Assembly: GCA_049314455.1 (NCBI GenBank) | Contig: JBMOFC010000001.1 | Location: 16,301-80,300 of the forward strand | DNA: 64,000 nt | Direction: 5' to 3' | DNA from: Chthoniobacterales bacterium | GTDB lineage: Bacteria; Verrucomicrobiota; Verrucomicrobiia; Chthoniobacterales; UBA6821 | In this document: positions 40,357 to 50,288 of the stretch, one piece after another | Numbering within the stretch: position 1 is the first letter of the stretch | Layout of the letters: each line of letters starts with the position of its first letter | The notes under the pieces: model-generated | What the model was told of the DNA's origin: nothing | The model's database searches: none | The model's input: the letters and a program-made list of their open reading frames with translations, nothing else | Program-made: the position numbers and the translations under genes

Positions 40357-40605
40357 TTATAAGGAAGAGCTTTCAAAAGGTTGTAACGATACTTCTCCTC
40401 GTGCATTACGCGCGATGATTTCGATGCGCTGCTCTGCTGTTGTGAGTTTTTCTTGGCACAATTTTAAAAGTCCCACGCCCTCCTCATAGCGTTCAATTAA
40501 GGTTTCCAGGGGAGGTGGTGTTGTTTCGATAGTATTGACGATTTTCTCCAAGCGTGAAAGTGCTGATTCTATGGAATCGGGAGGAGTTGATTTTTTTTCA
40601 GCCAT
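40357..40605 (-). CDS. xseB: Exodeoxyribonuclease VII small subunit
   Basis: ESALSRLEKIV, YEEGVGLLKLCQEKL..AEQRI; xseB-dxs order. Confidence 0.93.
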   Translation of the reverse strand: MAEKKSTPPDSIESALSRLEKIVNTIETTPPPLETLIERYEEGVGLLKLCQEKLTTAEQRIEIIARNARGEVSLQPFESSSL

Positions 40606-40634
40606 GAGAGAATGAGAAAAGTTAGTGGGTATGA

Positions 40635-40663
40635 TTGACGTTGATGATAGGCTAGCCTATATT
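40635..40663 (+). promoter_or_regulatory. Putative sigma70 promoter of the polysaccharide deacetylase
   Basis: TTGACG-17 nt-TATATT. Confidence 0.5.
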
Positions 40664-40747
40664 TTCTGGAACTCCAAAATGATTTAAAATCTATTTCACA
40701 AGAACCAAGCCTTTTCTTTAGTCTTTTAATCTAACAGTAATATTTTT

Positions 40748-41599
40748 ATGAAGAACAACATTTTCTACTCTTGTGCATGGGTTGGTCTTCTCATGCTCGT
40801 TCTTTCTTCCATCAGTTGGTCTCAAGAAAAATCTTCTGCTTCAGTTGTGCCAACACCGCCAGCAAATGCCATGCCAACAGCCGTGTCAACTCCTTCTGCA
40901 GAGACAGGTGCTAAGAGTGGTGCGCCTTTAAAGTCATACCCTCGTTATGGTCATGTGCATGTTGATGGACCTTATGTCGCATTGACTTTTGATGATGGTC
41001 CCAGCGCTACACTTACACCACGCTTGTTAGATATACTAAAAGAGCATCATGCGAAGGCTACTTTTTTTATCATTGGAGAAAGAGCGCAAAGAAATTCTGA
41101 GATTTTAGCTCGTGAGGTCCAAGAGGGCCATGAAGTTGGCAATCATACTTGGGACCATATCACTATTACGAAATTGTCTGACGCACAATTTGACGAAGAG
41201 ATTCAAAAAACAAATAAGCTTATTACAGATGCCACAGGAGAAAAACCAACCTTATTTAGACCTCCTGGTGGTGCTATCAATCGTCATTTTGTTGAAATTT
41301 TGGCAAATAAATATGGAATGAAAAGTATTCTTTGGTCCGTTGATCCTCTCGATTGGAAAAGACCAGGTTCTAGTGTCGTAGCGCAACGGCTTATAGCTGG
41401 TACCACCCCAGGAGCCATCACGATTTCTCATGATATCAAGCTTGGAACTATTGAAGCGATGCCAGAAGTGCTCGATGCCTTACAGGCAAAAGGGTATAAG
41501 TTTGTCACAGTTTCAGAGCTCATTGCGCTAGAGACGAAGGCTCCTGCAACAGCTCCAACAGTGAAATCTGTGGCATCGACTCAGAAGAAAGGGAGCTGA
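40748..41599 (+). CDS. Exported polysaccharide deacetylase (CE4/NodB)
   Basis: ALTFDDGP, HEVGNHTWDH, FRPPGG, DPLDW, SHD; signal peptide. Confidence 0.94.
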   Translation: MKNNIFYSCAWVGLLMLVLSSISWSQEKSSASVVPTPPANAMPTAVSTPSAETGAKSGAPLKSYPRYGHVHVDGPYVALTFDDGPSATLTPRLLDILKEHHAKATFFIIGERAQRNSEILAREVQEGHEVGNHTWDHITITKLSDAQFDEEIQKTNKLITDATGEKPTLFRPPGGAINRHFVEILANKYGMKSILWSVDPLDWKRPGSSVVAQRLIAGTTPGAITISHDIKLGTIEAMPEVLDALQAKGYKFVTVSELIALETKAPATAPTVKSVASTQKKGS

Positions 41600-41633
41600 A
41601 GGGTTTCCGTTCACAGGAACGGGTAAAGTAACT

Positions 41634-42065
41634 TCAACTATTGCTCAGTGAGGTCGGAACAAAAGGATGCGGAAAGCCCTTAGGAAGACGTTGTACTTTG
41701 GCCTCGGGCATTTTAACGAAAGCCAAGGATTGTTGAGAAGTCACCATCAGTGCTCCATCAGAAGGACGAATGATTCTAAAATGGCACCAGAAGCGTGCAG
41801 ATCCAGTTTCTCCAAGCCAGCTCTGGACTTCGAGTAGATCACCCAAAAGGGCTGGCTTTTTGTAGTCAATCTCGGTGCGCACTACCACAGGAAAAATAGA
41901 TGTCTGCTTCATATATTCCCAATCAAGGCCATAGTGGATGCCTAGGAGTGTGCGCGCTGTTTCGATAAAACGTAGGTAGGCGATGTTATGGACCACCCCT
42001 CCAGCGTCTGTATCAAAAAACATCACGGTGATAGGCGTGATCATCGGTTGTTGTTCAGTAATCAT
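41634..42065 (-). CDS. Acyl-CoA thioesterase (YbgC/4-HBT family)
   Basis: DTDAGGVVHNIAYLRFIETAR, IDYKKPA. Confidence 0.9.
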   Translation of the reverse strand: MITEQQPMITPITVMFFDTDAGGVVHNIAYLRFIETARTLLGIHYGLDWEYMKQTSIFPVVVRTEIDYKKPALLGDLLEVQSWLGETGSARFWCHFRIIRPSDGALMVTSQQSLAFVKMPEAKVQRLPKGFPHPFVPTSLSNS

Positions 42066-42748
42066 GAGAAAGAAGTTATTTCTTGAATCAGTCCATTAAC
42101 AATCAGAAGCTCTCGATCTCCGCGTGCAGCCAGCAAAGGATCATGTGTCACCGCAATGAGGGTTCGACGATCTTGTTGTGTCAGTTCTAGCAAGAGATCA
42201 ATAATGGTAGCACCTGTGGCGGCATCTAGATTCCCGGTCGGTTCATCGGCAAAAAGAATACTCGGGTCATTCATCAAGGCACGTGCAATAGCGACACGTT
42301 GCTGTTCACCACCACTGAGCTGAGAAGGAAGGTGGTCGAGGCGCTTGACCAAGCCAACACGGGTGAGGAGCTCCTCTGCTTTGTATATATCAGGCTTGCC
42401 TAGGAGCATTGCTGGGAGATGGACATTTTCAAGAGCTGTTAACTCCGGTAATAAAAAATAAGATTGAAACACAAATCCCATTTGCTTATTGCGCAGCAAG
42501 GCCAAAGAGTCTTGTTTCATTTTGAAAAGAACATTCCCTTCAAAAATGACCTCTCCGGCCAGAGGCTTTTCCAAACCTGCAAGGGTATAGAGCAAGGTCG
42601 ATTTACCAGCCCCAGAAGCCCCACGCAGAAAAAGTACTTCTCCCTTGGCTACATCGAGATCGATACCACGAAGAATCTCAAGAGAGCTATTTCCGAGTCG
42701 ATATGTTTGACGCAGTCCACGTGCAGTAAGGTGAAGAGGAGATGGCAT
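42062..42748 (-). CDS. ABC ATP-binding protein, LolD-like
   Basis: GASGAGKST, GFVFQ, LSGGEQQRVAIARAL, ADEPTGNLD; likely ATG 42748. Confidence 0.9.
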   Translation of the reverse strand: MPSPLHLTARGLRQTYRLGNSSLEILRGIDLDVAKGEVLFLRGASGAGKSTLLYTLAGLEKPLAGEVIFEGNVLFKMKQDSLALLRNKQMGFVFQSYFLLPELTALENVHLPAMLLGKPDIYKAEELLTRVGLVKRLDHLPSQLSGGEQQRVAIARALMNDPSILFADEPTGNLDAATGATIIDLLLELTQQDRRTLIAVTHDPLLAARGDRELLIVNGLIQEITSFS

Positions 42749-42976
42749 GGGAGGCAGGAACCCGTTCAATAGAACGGTTGTAGTTAAAGTGAAAAGTTGA
42801 AGTAGCAGGCACGCATATCTTTTTAGTAAGATGGGTACTATTCCTTATTCCGTTTTTGTCATTGCCGTAAAGGAAGATTGAAGCATGAAAGTATAAACCG
42901 AGTGCGAAATATAACACCCAAAAATAGTGTTAGAAGCTGAAAAGGATTTACTTCAACTTTAATTTGCAAGGTCAAC

Positions 42977-44026
42977 TCAACTCAATTTTTCCTTGAAAAA
43001 TTGAGTTGCCCCCTCTTCCTCAGAGCGCAAACGTCGTCCCAAAAGTCCTTTGATGGCCTCTCGCGGAGATTTTCCGTTATCCAGGACAGCCACCACTTCA
43101 TCGATAATAGGGACTTCAATGCCTCGCTCTCTTGCGCATTCTTGAGCGCTGCGGGCTGTAAAAAGACCCTCTGCGATCATGGTCATGGAGTGTTCAATTT
43201 GTGTGGGAGATTTTCCTTGAGCGAGTTGCCATCCCACTTGATAGTTGCGGCTTTGGGAGCTAAAGCAGGTGGCCATCAAATCTCCAATACCACTAAGGCC
43301 GCTAAAGGTCTGTGGCCGTCCTCCCATGGACACGCCGAGGCGCGTCATTTCGGCTAAGGCGCGCGTCACAAGCCCCGCACGTGCATTCTCTCCCATGCCT
43401 AATCCATCGGAAGCACCTGTAGCGATCGCAAAAATATTTTTAAGAGCGCCTCCTAATTGAATTCCGGAAACATCACTGCTGGTATAGGCACGATAATGAG
43501 TCTGATGAAAAATATTTTGTAATGAAGCGAGGGCTGCTTCATGGTGGCCGCCGAGAACGCCTGCTGCAGGTAGACCTCGAGCGATTTCACCAGCTAAATT
43601 AGGACCTGAAAGAACTGCAATAGAAGCGGTCGGAATGATTTCTGTGAGGATTTCACTCATGAGCTTTCCGCTCGTGGGTTCAATACCTTTAGTGCAGCTG
43701 ATAATAGTTGGAGTAGTAGAAGGGTCGATGCATGTTGCTAAGGAAGTTGCGACAGCACGAAAAAATTTTGAAGGAACAACAAAAAATAAGATTCCTGCTT
43801 CTGCCGCCTCACTGAGACTTGTCGTGAGGTGAATATTTTCAGGAAAGGTAATTTCTGGCAAATAGCGCGCATTGAGACGTGATTCTTGGATGGCTTGGAG
43901 GTGCGTGGCATTATGGCCCCAGAGAGTAACGGATTTGCCAGCCCGTGCAAAAATAAGTGATAGTGCGCTTCCCCAGCTGCCAGCACCAAGAATGCTTATG
44001 GAATGGGAGGTTTGAGTGAGAGGCAT
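42977..44026 (-). CDS. gpsA: NAD(P)H-dependent glycerol-3-phosphate dehydrogenase
   Basis: GAGSWG, TKGIE, LSGPNLA, GALKNIFAIA, GLSGIGDL..TC.S..SRN. Confidence 0.97.
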   Translation of the reverse strand: MPLTQTSHSISILGAGSWGSALSLIFARAGKSVTLWGHNATHLQAIQESRLNARYLPEITFPENIHLTTSLSEAAEAGILFFVVPSKFFRAVATSLATCIDPSTTPTIISCTKGIEPTSGKLMSEILTEIIPTASIAVLSGPNLAGEIARGLPAAGVLGGHHEAALASLQNIFHQTHYRAYTSSDVSGIQLGGALKNIFAIATGASDGLGMGENARAGLVTRALAEMTRLGVSMGGRPQTFSGLSGIGDLMATCFSSQSRNYQVGWQLAQGKSPTQIEHSMTMIAEGLFTARSAQECARERGIEVPIIDEVVAVLDNGKSPREAIKGLLGRRLRSEEEGATQFFKEKLS

Positions 44027-44030
44027 AAAG

Positions 44031-44699
44031 TTATTTTTTTGAATTTTTATTTTCAAATCGTGTTTCCGTTCCTGCAAGAAGGCGCTCTATATTCCCACGG
44101 TGGCGCCAAAGGACAAGTCCTGCCATGACGAGTGAGGCAACAATGGAAAGCCAATCTCCAGCGAGCCATAGGGGCCATCCAGGAAAGAAATGACTGCAGA
44201 AATAAAAAAGAATAACTGTTGCTGGAAGCATGAGGGCAGCCACGATAGAGGCGATCGAGACATAACGTGTGGTCAAAAACAGAAGAAGCCAACTTCCTAA
44301 ACAAAATAAAAAGGATCCTGGAAACATGCCAACAATAATCCCTGCTGAGGTCGAAATTCCTTTGCCGCCTCGAAAGCGGAGCCAGATGGGAAAACTATGT
44401 CCTAGCAGTGCTGCTAATGCAGCGATGGCTCCAGGAGCCGAATGTGGGCTGGTAGTGACAGCGTCACTCCAGAGTGTTGCTAGAAAAACAGGAAGCCATC
44501 CTTTTAGAAAATCGATGACAAAAACGGTATAGCCCCATTTTTTGCCCAGCAGGCGCATGACATTAGTAGCCCCTATATTGCCGCTTCCATGCAAGCGGAC
44601 ATCGATGCCACAACAAAGACCCGCCAGATAACCGGCAGGAAAAGAACCGAGGAGATAGGCTCCTAGGGCTATAAAAAAAAGGGGGAACAAAAAACTCAT
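44031..44699 (-). CDS. plsY: Glycerol-3-phosphate acyltransferase
   Basis: YLLGS, GSGNIGATN, DFLKG, GHSFP..F.GGKG, RHRGNIERL. Confidence 0.96.
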   Translation of the reverse strand: MSFLFPLFFIALGAYLLGSFPAGYLAGLCCGIDVRLHGSGNIGATNVMRLLGKKWGYTVFVIDFLKGWLPVFLATLWSDAVTTSPHSAPGAIAALAALLGHSFPIWLRFRGGKGISTSAGIIVGMFPGSFLFCLGSWLLLFLTTRYVSIASIVAALMLPATVILFYFCSHFFPGWPLWLAGDWLSIVASLVMAGLVLWRHRGNIERLLAGTETRFENKNSKK

Positions 44700-44884
44700 G
44701 GTTGGAAAGGCTAAAGCCTAACACGTATAAGAAAAGAAAATTGATATTGTTAGAAAATCTCTATTTTCATTTTTAACTGATAAACTTTTAACTGATGAAT
44801 GTTAGGAACGTTTGTTGGTTCTTTTTGAGACTATAGTGTGTTGAATCGATAAGGGCACGCTATAAGCTGACCTCATTTATCCGC

Positions 44885-45100
44885 GCATTGTGGCATCACT
44901 GCGGTGCGTCATTTCCTCGCGAAGGAGGGAATCGAGTTCTCGAATATCTCTTATACACTGCGGGTCTGCGCTCCTCGTTTGACTCGCTCGCTCCCGCTCA
45001 CCTCGCCCTTGCTGGGCTGCCTAACGGCAGTCTGCCCAACCGACTCCCGTCGGGTCGTTTTCTGACACTGCACACAACTACAATATTTTTTAAAATGCAC
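44885..45100. mobile_element. Composite RPE-like element (left TIR lost) with nested REP hairpin
   Basis: Closely similar over most of its length to 50709-50953; nested CGTCATTTCCTCGCGAAGGAGGGAATC at 44907-44933. Confidence 0.85.
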
Positions 45101-45294
45101 GGATGGTATCCTTTCATAGGACTGGAGGGGAGAAAAGTCTCGATAATGGCTGTCACCGCAACAGTTGTCATCTCCGCTTTCGCGACGATGACGACTAGTG
45201 GAGCTTGAGGTTACACTAGTAACAAATATTCACTACGTATCATCATTGCAACCGGTCCTCTGAACGAATGCTGTTAATGAACGAGTGGTGCTAA

Positions 45295-45708
45295 CTACAA
45301 ATAAGGTTCGTCCTTTTTTGTTTTTGGGTTCTGGTAGCTATCAATTGATGTGGGAGCTTTTGTGGGAGTTTTGGATGCAATCATTTTTCTGAACTCATCT
45401 TCTGTGAGACCATCAAAACCTCCAAAAAACCTTTCGTCATCGTCCTGCGGCTTTGTTGTAAAACACCCAAAGTATTTTGCAAAAAAACCTTTCTTTGGCT
45501 GAAGATCTTTTTGCGAAGGATTTGTTACAGCAGAAAGAGAGCCGCCTCCAAGAGTTCCATCCTTTGGTATGAGGCACGTTTTCTCATGAGGTCGTGCAAC
45601 ACCCTGAAAATTACTGGTGCTAGAGGGGCCAGTGTGAGAAGAGTCTATCGGTTGAAAATCTTTATCGGAGAGGGGAAGTTTGCGGTAACCACTAAAAAAT
45701 CGATTCAT
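45295..45708 (-). CDS. Orphan low-complexity protein (137 aa), candidate secreted effector
   Basis: ORF with Ser/Thr/Pro-rich N-terminus; no family recognised. Confidence 0.5.
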   Translation of the reverse strand: MNRFFSGYRKLPLSDKDFQPIDSSHTGPSSTSNFQGVARPHEKTCLIPKDGTLGGGSLSAVTNPSQKDLQPKKGFFAKYFGCFTTKPQDDDERFFGGFDGLTEDEFRKMIASKTPTKAPTSIDSYQNPKTKKDEPYL

Positions 45709-45788
45709 AGGATATAAAAATTTTGGTTTTTCTTTTGTCTGCTGCTTCAGGGAGTGTTGTCCATCAGATGTTGGGTTGTGATTATAGT

Positions 45789-46229
45789 CTATTCATCATC
45801 TTCATCATCTTCATCGTCACTAACATTACCACATTTACGAATAAATGTTTCAACTCCATGATCAGAAGTTCTATCGGAAGAACTTTTTTGACTATTACTC
45901 TGGTTGCGTTCTGTTCCAAACCAATAAGAGACAAAACGGAAGCGTAAACTTTTACTTTGATCATTATTACGATAAACATAGGTTTTTCGTATGCCTGAAT
46001 CTTGCTCAGCGTTGCTGAAGATTGTTGATGCAGAAGATCCAAAATAGGCAAAGAAAGAATAAGTTCTTGAAAGAATCCCTTTAATACGATCGCCAGGAAA
46101 CCAGCTAGATTGACTTTTTTCGTTAGCTACTTCTTGTCGGGATCCAATAGAAGTTTTTTGATCACGGGAGTTATAACCTGTACTTAGTTCAGTCGCCAGA
46201 CTTGTAATCGAAGTATTATTTGACGTCAT
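45789..46229 (-). CDS. Orphan Ser-rich protein with acidic tail (146 aa)
   Basis: ATG 46229 just after the nadE stop; MTSNNTSITSLATELS...; ends DDEDDEDDE. Confidence 0.5.
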   Translation of the reverse strand: MTSNNTSITSLATELSTGYNSRDQKTSIGSRQEVANEKSQSSWFPGDRIKGILSRTYSFFAYFGSSASTIFSNAEQDSGIRKTYVYRNNDQSKSLRFRFVSYWFGTERNQSNSQKSSSDRTSDHGVETFIRKCGNVSDDEDDEDDE

Positions 46230-46240
46230 AAGACCCTTTT

Positions 46241-47908
46241 CTACTCCCCTACGTAGCGTTGTGCAATCGGGAAATGTCGTCCTAGGCCGAATGCCTTTCC
46301 AGTGACTTTGAGACCAGGGGCTGCTTGTTGGCGTTTGTATTCGTTCCGGTACACATGGCGAGCGATCCAACGGACGGTTTTTTCATCGAAACCTTGAGCG
46401 ATAATTTGAGGGAGGGATTGATGTTCTTCGAGGAGTAATCCCAGGATCGCATCCAAGATTTCGTAAGGAGGGAGCGTGTCTTGATCTTTTTGATTGGGGC
46501 GAAGCTCGGCACTTGGGGCTTTATGGATCGAGTTCCAAGGAATGATTTCCTGTTTGCGATTGATCCAGTGTGCCAGCTTGTAAACAACGGTCTTTGGCAC
46601 ATCAGCAATGACGGCCAATCCTCCACACATATCGCCATAGAGGGTGCAGTAACCGACAGCCAGTTCGCTTTTATTTCCTGTGGTGAGGAGAAGAGTGCCA
46701 AGCTTATTAGAAAGTGCCATGAGGGTTATAGCACGCAAGCGTGCTTGGAGGTTCTCTTCGGTTACTCCGGATATATGTGCTAGGTCTTCCTGCAAATTTA
46801 AAAAGGGTTCTTCCAAGGTCTTTGTGGCTTCATCGTAGAGCGAGGTAATGGGAAGAGTGAGATGAGGTATGGTAAGGTTATTAGCCAGTGCCTTGGCATC
46901 ATTAATACTTCCTTGAGAAGAGTAGGGGCCTGGCATCAGGACTCCTTGGACATTCTCTGGACCAAGGGCGGCGACAGCCAAAGTGGCAACTACGGCAGAA
47001 TCGATGCCTCCACTCAGTCCTAGCAAGGCTCCCTTAAAACCACATTTATGCAAATAATCACGAAGACCTAGGACCAGAGCACTATGGAGTTCTTGCATAG
47101 AATTTTCCGTGGTAATTATTGATGAAGCTTTTGTTTCATGACTCAATAAGGAAAGATCGACTAATTTTGTTTCTTCACGGTATCCTGGAAACGTCACTAT
47201 GGATCGGCCTTGAGAGGCGATGACCAGAGAATGTCCATCAAAAATAAGCTGATCATTGGCTCCCACCGCATTGCAATAAATAATAGGAACTTTCAGTCGC
47301 TTCGCTTGACCTTGAAGCATGGCTAGGCGCTGTGCTGGCTTACCCATCTGAAAGGGAGAGGCGCTCAGATTCAGTATGATCTCCGCTCCTTTAAGTACGA
47401 GCTCTTCTGCGGGATCGATGCAATAGAGTTCTCGAGGTAAGTAATCTGGACTCCAAAGATCTTCACAAATAGTGATGCCCCATGTTTTTCCTGCATGAGA
47501 GAAGCAGGGTGCTTCACAACCCGGTTCAAAATAACGTGCTTCTTCAAAAACATCATAGGTGGGCAGGAGGCGTTTATGAGCAATAAGCCGAGGTGTTTCT
47601 TGACACAGCAGAGCAGCTGCATTGTGAAAGGGTTTCCCCTCTTTAGTTTTATTTTTATCCACAAAACCAACCAGGAGTGGCACGCTTCCTATTTTTTTTT
47701 CTAAGGCATCCAATTTTTTTAAATTATCGTCTACAAAACTTCCTGCAAAAAGAAGATCTTGCGGTGGATAGCCCGTGAGTGCTAGTTCGGGGGTAATCAC
47801 AAGATCTGCCCCTTGCGTCACAAGCTCTTCATAGGCGCTGAGAATTAATGCAGCGTTACCCGTGAGGTCACCGACGGTGGTGTTGATTTGTGCAATGCCG
47901 ATTTTCAT
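46241..47908 (-). CDS. nadE: Glutamine-dependent NAD+ synthetase
   Basis: Nitrilase domain (PELALTGYPPQDLL, ICED) plus LGLSGGIDS, ENLQAR, TGNKSE, PSAEL, EYKRQQ. Confidence 0.97.
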   Translation of the reverse strand: MKIGIAQINTTVGDLTGNAALILSAYEELVTQGADLVITPELALTGYPPQDLLFAGSFVDDNLKKLDALEKKIGSVPLLVGFVDKNKTKEGKPFHNAAALLCQETPRLIAHKRLLPTYDVFEEARYFEPGCEAPCFSHAGKTWGITICEDLWSPDYLPRELYCIDPAEELVLKGAEIILNLSASPFQMGKPAQRLAMLQGQAKRLKVPIIYCNAVGANDQLIFDGHSLVIASQGRSIVTFPGYREETKLVDLSLLSHETKASSIITTENSMQELHSALVLGLRDYLHKCGFKGALLGLSGGIDSAVVATLAVAALGPENVQGVLMPGPYSSQGSINDAKALANNLTIPHLTLPITSLYDEATKTLEEPFLNLQEDLAHISGVTEENLQARLRAITLMALSNKLGTLLLTTGNKSELAVGYCTLYGDMCGGLAVIADVPKTVVYKLAHWINRKQEIIPWNSIHKAPSAELRPNQKDQDTLPPYEILDAILGLLLEEHQSLPQIIAQGFDEKTVRWIARHVYRNEYKRQQAAPGLKVTGKAFGLGRHFPIAQRYVGE

Positions 47909-47967
47909 AAAATGGACCAATACAACTAAAATATTAACTACCAACGTGGCTTGTTGAAAAAAGAATT

Positions 47968-48010
47968 AACCACAAAGAACACATAGATGACACAAAGAAC
48001 ACAAAAAGAA
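47968..48010. repeat. ACACAAAGA-type nonamer repeat tract
   Basis: AACCACAAAGAACACATAGATGACACAAAGAACACAAAAAG. Confidence 0.6.
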
Positions 48011-48104
48011 TTTATTCATAAAAAAATTCTAATAGGTTTTGAGTCCCAGTTTTTTTCTGTGTATTGGTTCCGTTGATAGTCACCATAAAAGAGTAAAACA
48101 AACG

Positions 48105-48432
48105 TATCTGTTCAAAGCAACGGATAGGAAGATAGTAGATGGTAGATAGAAGATGGGGTTTTAGTTTGCTCAGATATACCTTTTGCGGATGATTTTTAGG
48201 AATTTTATACGCAGGAGTTATTTTCTCTGGCAAGACGTTCCGAGCGAGACGCTATGTGAACATAATGTAAGCGAGGACAACGCAGCCAGAGGCAATAAGA
48301 ACTAGTAGAAAATCCTAAAAATCATTCGTGAAAGGTATAGATAAAAAGGAGAATTATTCTTGTAAGAGGGCTTTGATCCTACCTTCTATCTTCAAACTTC
48401 TATCTTCTTACCCGTTGCTGTGAAGGGGGATA
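48105..48432. repeat. Hairpin-capped heptamer cassette, copy 2, containing a nested MITE
   Basis: Left end matches 50532-50581; right end matches the reverse complement of ~9245-9290. Confidence 0.85.
48175..48339. mobile_element. RPE-like MITE bounded by TATA, nested in the cassette
   Basis: TIRs TATACCTTTTGCGGATGATTTTTAGGA...TCCTAAAAATCATTCGTGAAAGGTATA; core GAGCGAGACGCTATGTGAACATAATGTAAGCGAG. Confidence 0.85.
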
Positions 48433-48468
48433 AACAAACAACCCCAGACGTACTAGACATCTGGGGTT
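48432..48468 (-). terminator. Intrinsic terminator of rpoA-rplQ
   Basis: Minus strand AACCCCAGATGT-CTAGT-ACGTCTGGGGTT followed by GTTTGTTT. Confidence 0.6.
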
Positions 48469-48528
48469 ATCGTGATTTTTGTCATGAAGCCTTAGGGGGA
48501 GACCGACTTCACCTGTTCTTGGGAATTA

Positions 48529-48984
48529 TTATTTCTTGGGCGCAGAAACTTTTTTTTCAGCTTTAGCTTTTGGTGCCTTCGCTGTGGTTGTTACAACCTC
48601 TTCTTGAGGTGCCACAGTTTCTGCTGCTACGATGTCCACCCATTCGAGATAGGCCATGGGAGCGCTGTCGCTTTGACGAGGACCGAGTTTCGTAATGCGT
48701 GTGTAGCCTCCTTGTCGGTTAGCAGCAGCAGGAGCTATTTTTTCAAAAAGAATTTTTACAACATCTTTTTGTTTGAGGTAAGAAATGGCAGTACGACGAG
48801 CATGGAGGTCTCCACGTTTGCCAAGAGTCACCATACGTTCTGCAAGTGGCTTCGCAGCTTTTGCTTTAGCCAACGTTGTTTTGATGCGATGATGTTCGAT
48901 CAGGCTGCAAACTTGATTGGCCAACAAGGAATCACGATGAGCCGTCGAGCGGCCGAGTTTAATAGTTTTTCTGCGATGACGCAT
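48529..48984 (-). CDS. rplQ: 50S ribosomal protein L17
   Basis: MRHR..KLGR...HR, IKTTLAKAK, GGYTRI.K...R..D.APMA. Confidence 0.98.
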   Translation of the reverse strand: MRHRRKTIKLGRSTAHRDSLLANQVCSLIEHHRIKTTLAKAKAAKPLAERMVTLGKRGDLHARRTAISYLKQKDVVKILFEKIAPAAANRQGGYTRITKLGPRQSDSAPMAYLEWVDIVAAETVAPQEEVVTTTAKAPKAKAEKKVSAPKK

Positions 48985-49005
48985 AATTTCAAATAGCGGT
49001 AAAAA

Positions 49006-50022
49006 TTATTCTAAGATAGTGGTAGTAATCGAGGTTTGCTCGATGAGACCAGGTTCAAACTTCATTCCAAGACCTAGGCCGAGTTGCACCAATTTTTCTT
49101 TGATCTCATTGAGTGATTTTTTACCAAAGTTGCGGTACTTCAGCATATCAGGCTCTGATTTGGTTGCGAGTTGGCCAACAGTGGTGATGTTGGCATTATT
49201 GAGGCAGTTAGCAGCACGTACTGAGAGCTCAATTTCATTCACGCTCATGGCTAAGAGTTTCTTGAGACGGCTGTTTTCTTGGCTGACTTCTGTAGGAGTT
49301 TCATCGAACTCGACTTGCGTGTCATCAAAGTTAACAAAGACATCGAGATGATGGCGTAGAATTGCTGAAGCTTGAAGAATAGCTTCCTCAGGGGTAACGC
49401 GGCCATCTGTCCAAATTTCAAGAATGAGCTTATCGTAGTCAGTCCGTTGTCCCACACGTGTATTTTCTACGGCATACTTCACGCGAGTGACAGGAGAGAA
49501 AATAGAATCGATAGCAATGACCCCGACAGCCATATCAGGATATTTATTTTCATCGCCAGTGGCAAAACCACGACCTACTTTGATTTCGAACTCTGCTTCG
49601 AATTTTGTTTTTTTATCCAGCGTGCAAATGTGTTGATCTGGGTTGAGAACCTCACACTGAGCTGTTGAAGCGATATCGCCTGCCGTGACGGCTCCCTCCT
49701 TGTGTACCGAAAGAGTAAGTGTGCGCACATCGTGGTCGTGAGCCTTGAACTTTACTTTTTTCAAATTAAGGATGATTTCGACAACATCCTCCACAACACC
49801 AGGAAGACTGGTGAACTCATGAGGAGCTCCTTCAATACGAATAGAAGTAATGGCAGCACCTTCGAGTGACGAGAGTAAGGTGCGGCGCAACGAATTTCCA
49901 ATCGTGTGGCCATAGCCAGCTTCAAAGGGTTCTGCAATAAATTTTGCGTAGGTTTCTGTGGCGGTAGCTTCTTCTTTAACAAGAGCTTTCGGCATTTCAA
50001 AACGACCAAGACGAATAGGCAT
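49006..50022 (-). CDS. rpoA: RNA polymerase alpha subunit
   Basis: EPFEAGYGHTIGNSLRRTLLSS, DSIFSPV, ELSVRAANCL, NFGKKSLNEI. Confidence 0.99.
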   Translation of the reverse strand: MPIRLGRFEMPKALVKEEATATETYAKFIAEPFEAGYGHTIGNSLRRTLLSSLEGAAITSIRIEGAPHEFTSLPGVVEDVVEIILNLKKVKFKAHDHDVRTLTLSVHKEGAVTAGDIASTAQCEVLNPDQHICTLDKKTKFEAEFEIKVGRGFATGDENKYPDMAVGVIAIDSIFSPVTRVKYAVENTRVGQRTDYDKLILEIWTDGRVTPEEAILQASAILRHHLDVFVNFDDTQVEFDETPTEVSQENSRLKKLLAMSVNEIELSVRAANCLNNANITTVGQLATKSEPDMLKYRNFGKKSLNEIKEKLVQLGLGLGMKFEPGLIEQTSITTTILE

Positions 50023-50288
50023 AATAATAATATTTCTTGTGCCGGGTTTCCCTTAGCGCATCTGGCAATGAGGCTGAAGCGTCATCACCTAAGGACCAAC
50101 GGCGACTTCTGGAATAAGGTTGCGCGAGCCAGTAAAGTTAATGGCTTTTTTTTTAGAAGCAAGGATTTTTTATGGACATGTCAAAAAACAAAATGCCACA
50201 CGAGATGGATTATCACTTTTTTTACTTCAGAGTTCCCCAAGGCGGAACGATTTTGCTAGCCGTGATTGAGCCTGGATCATTTTTTAGC

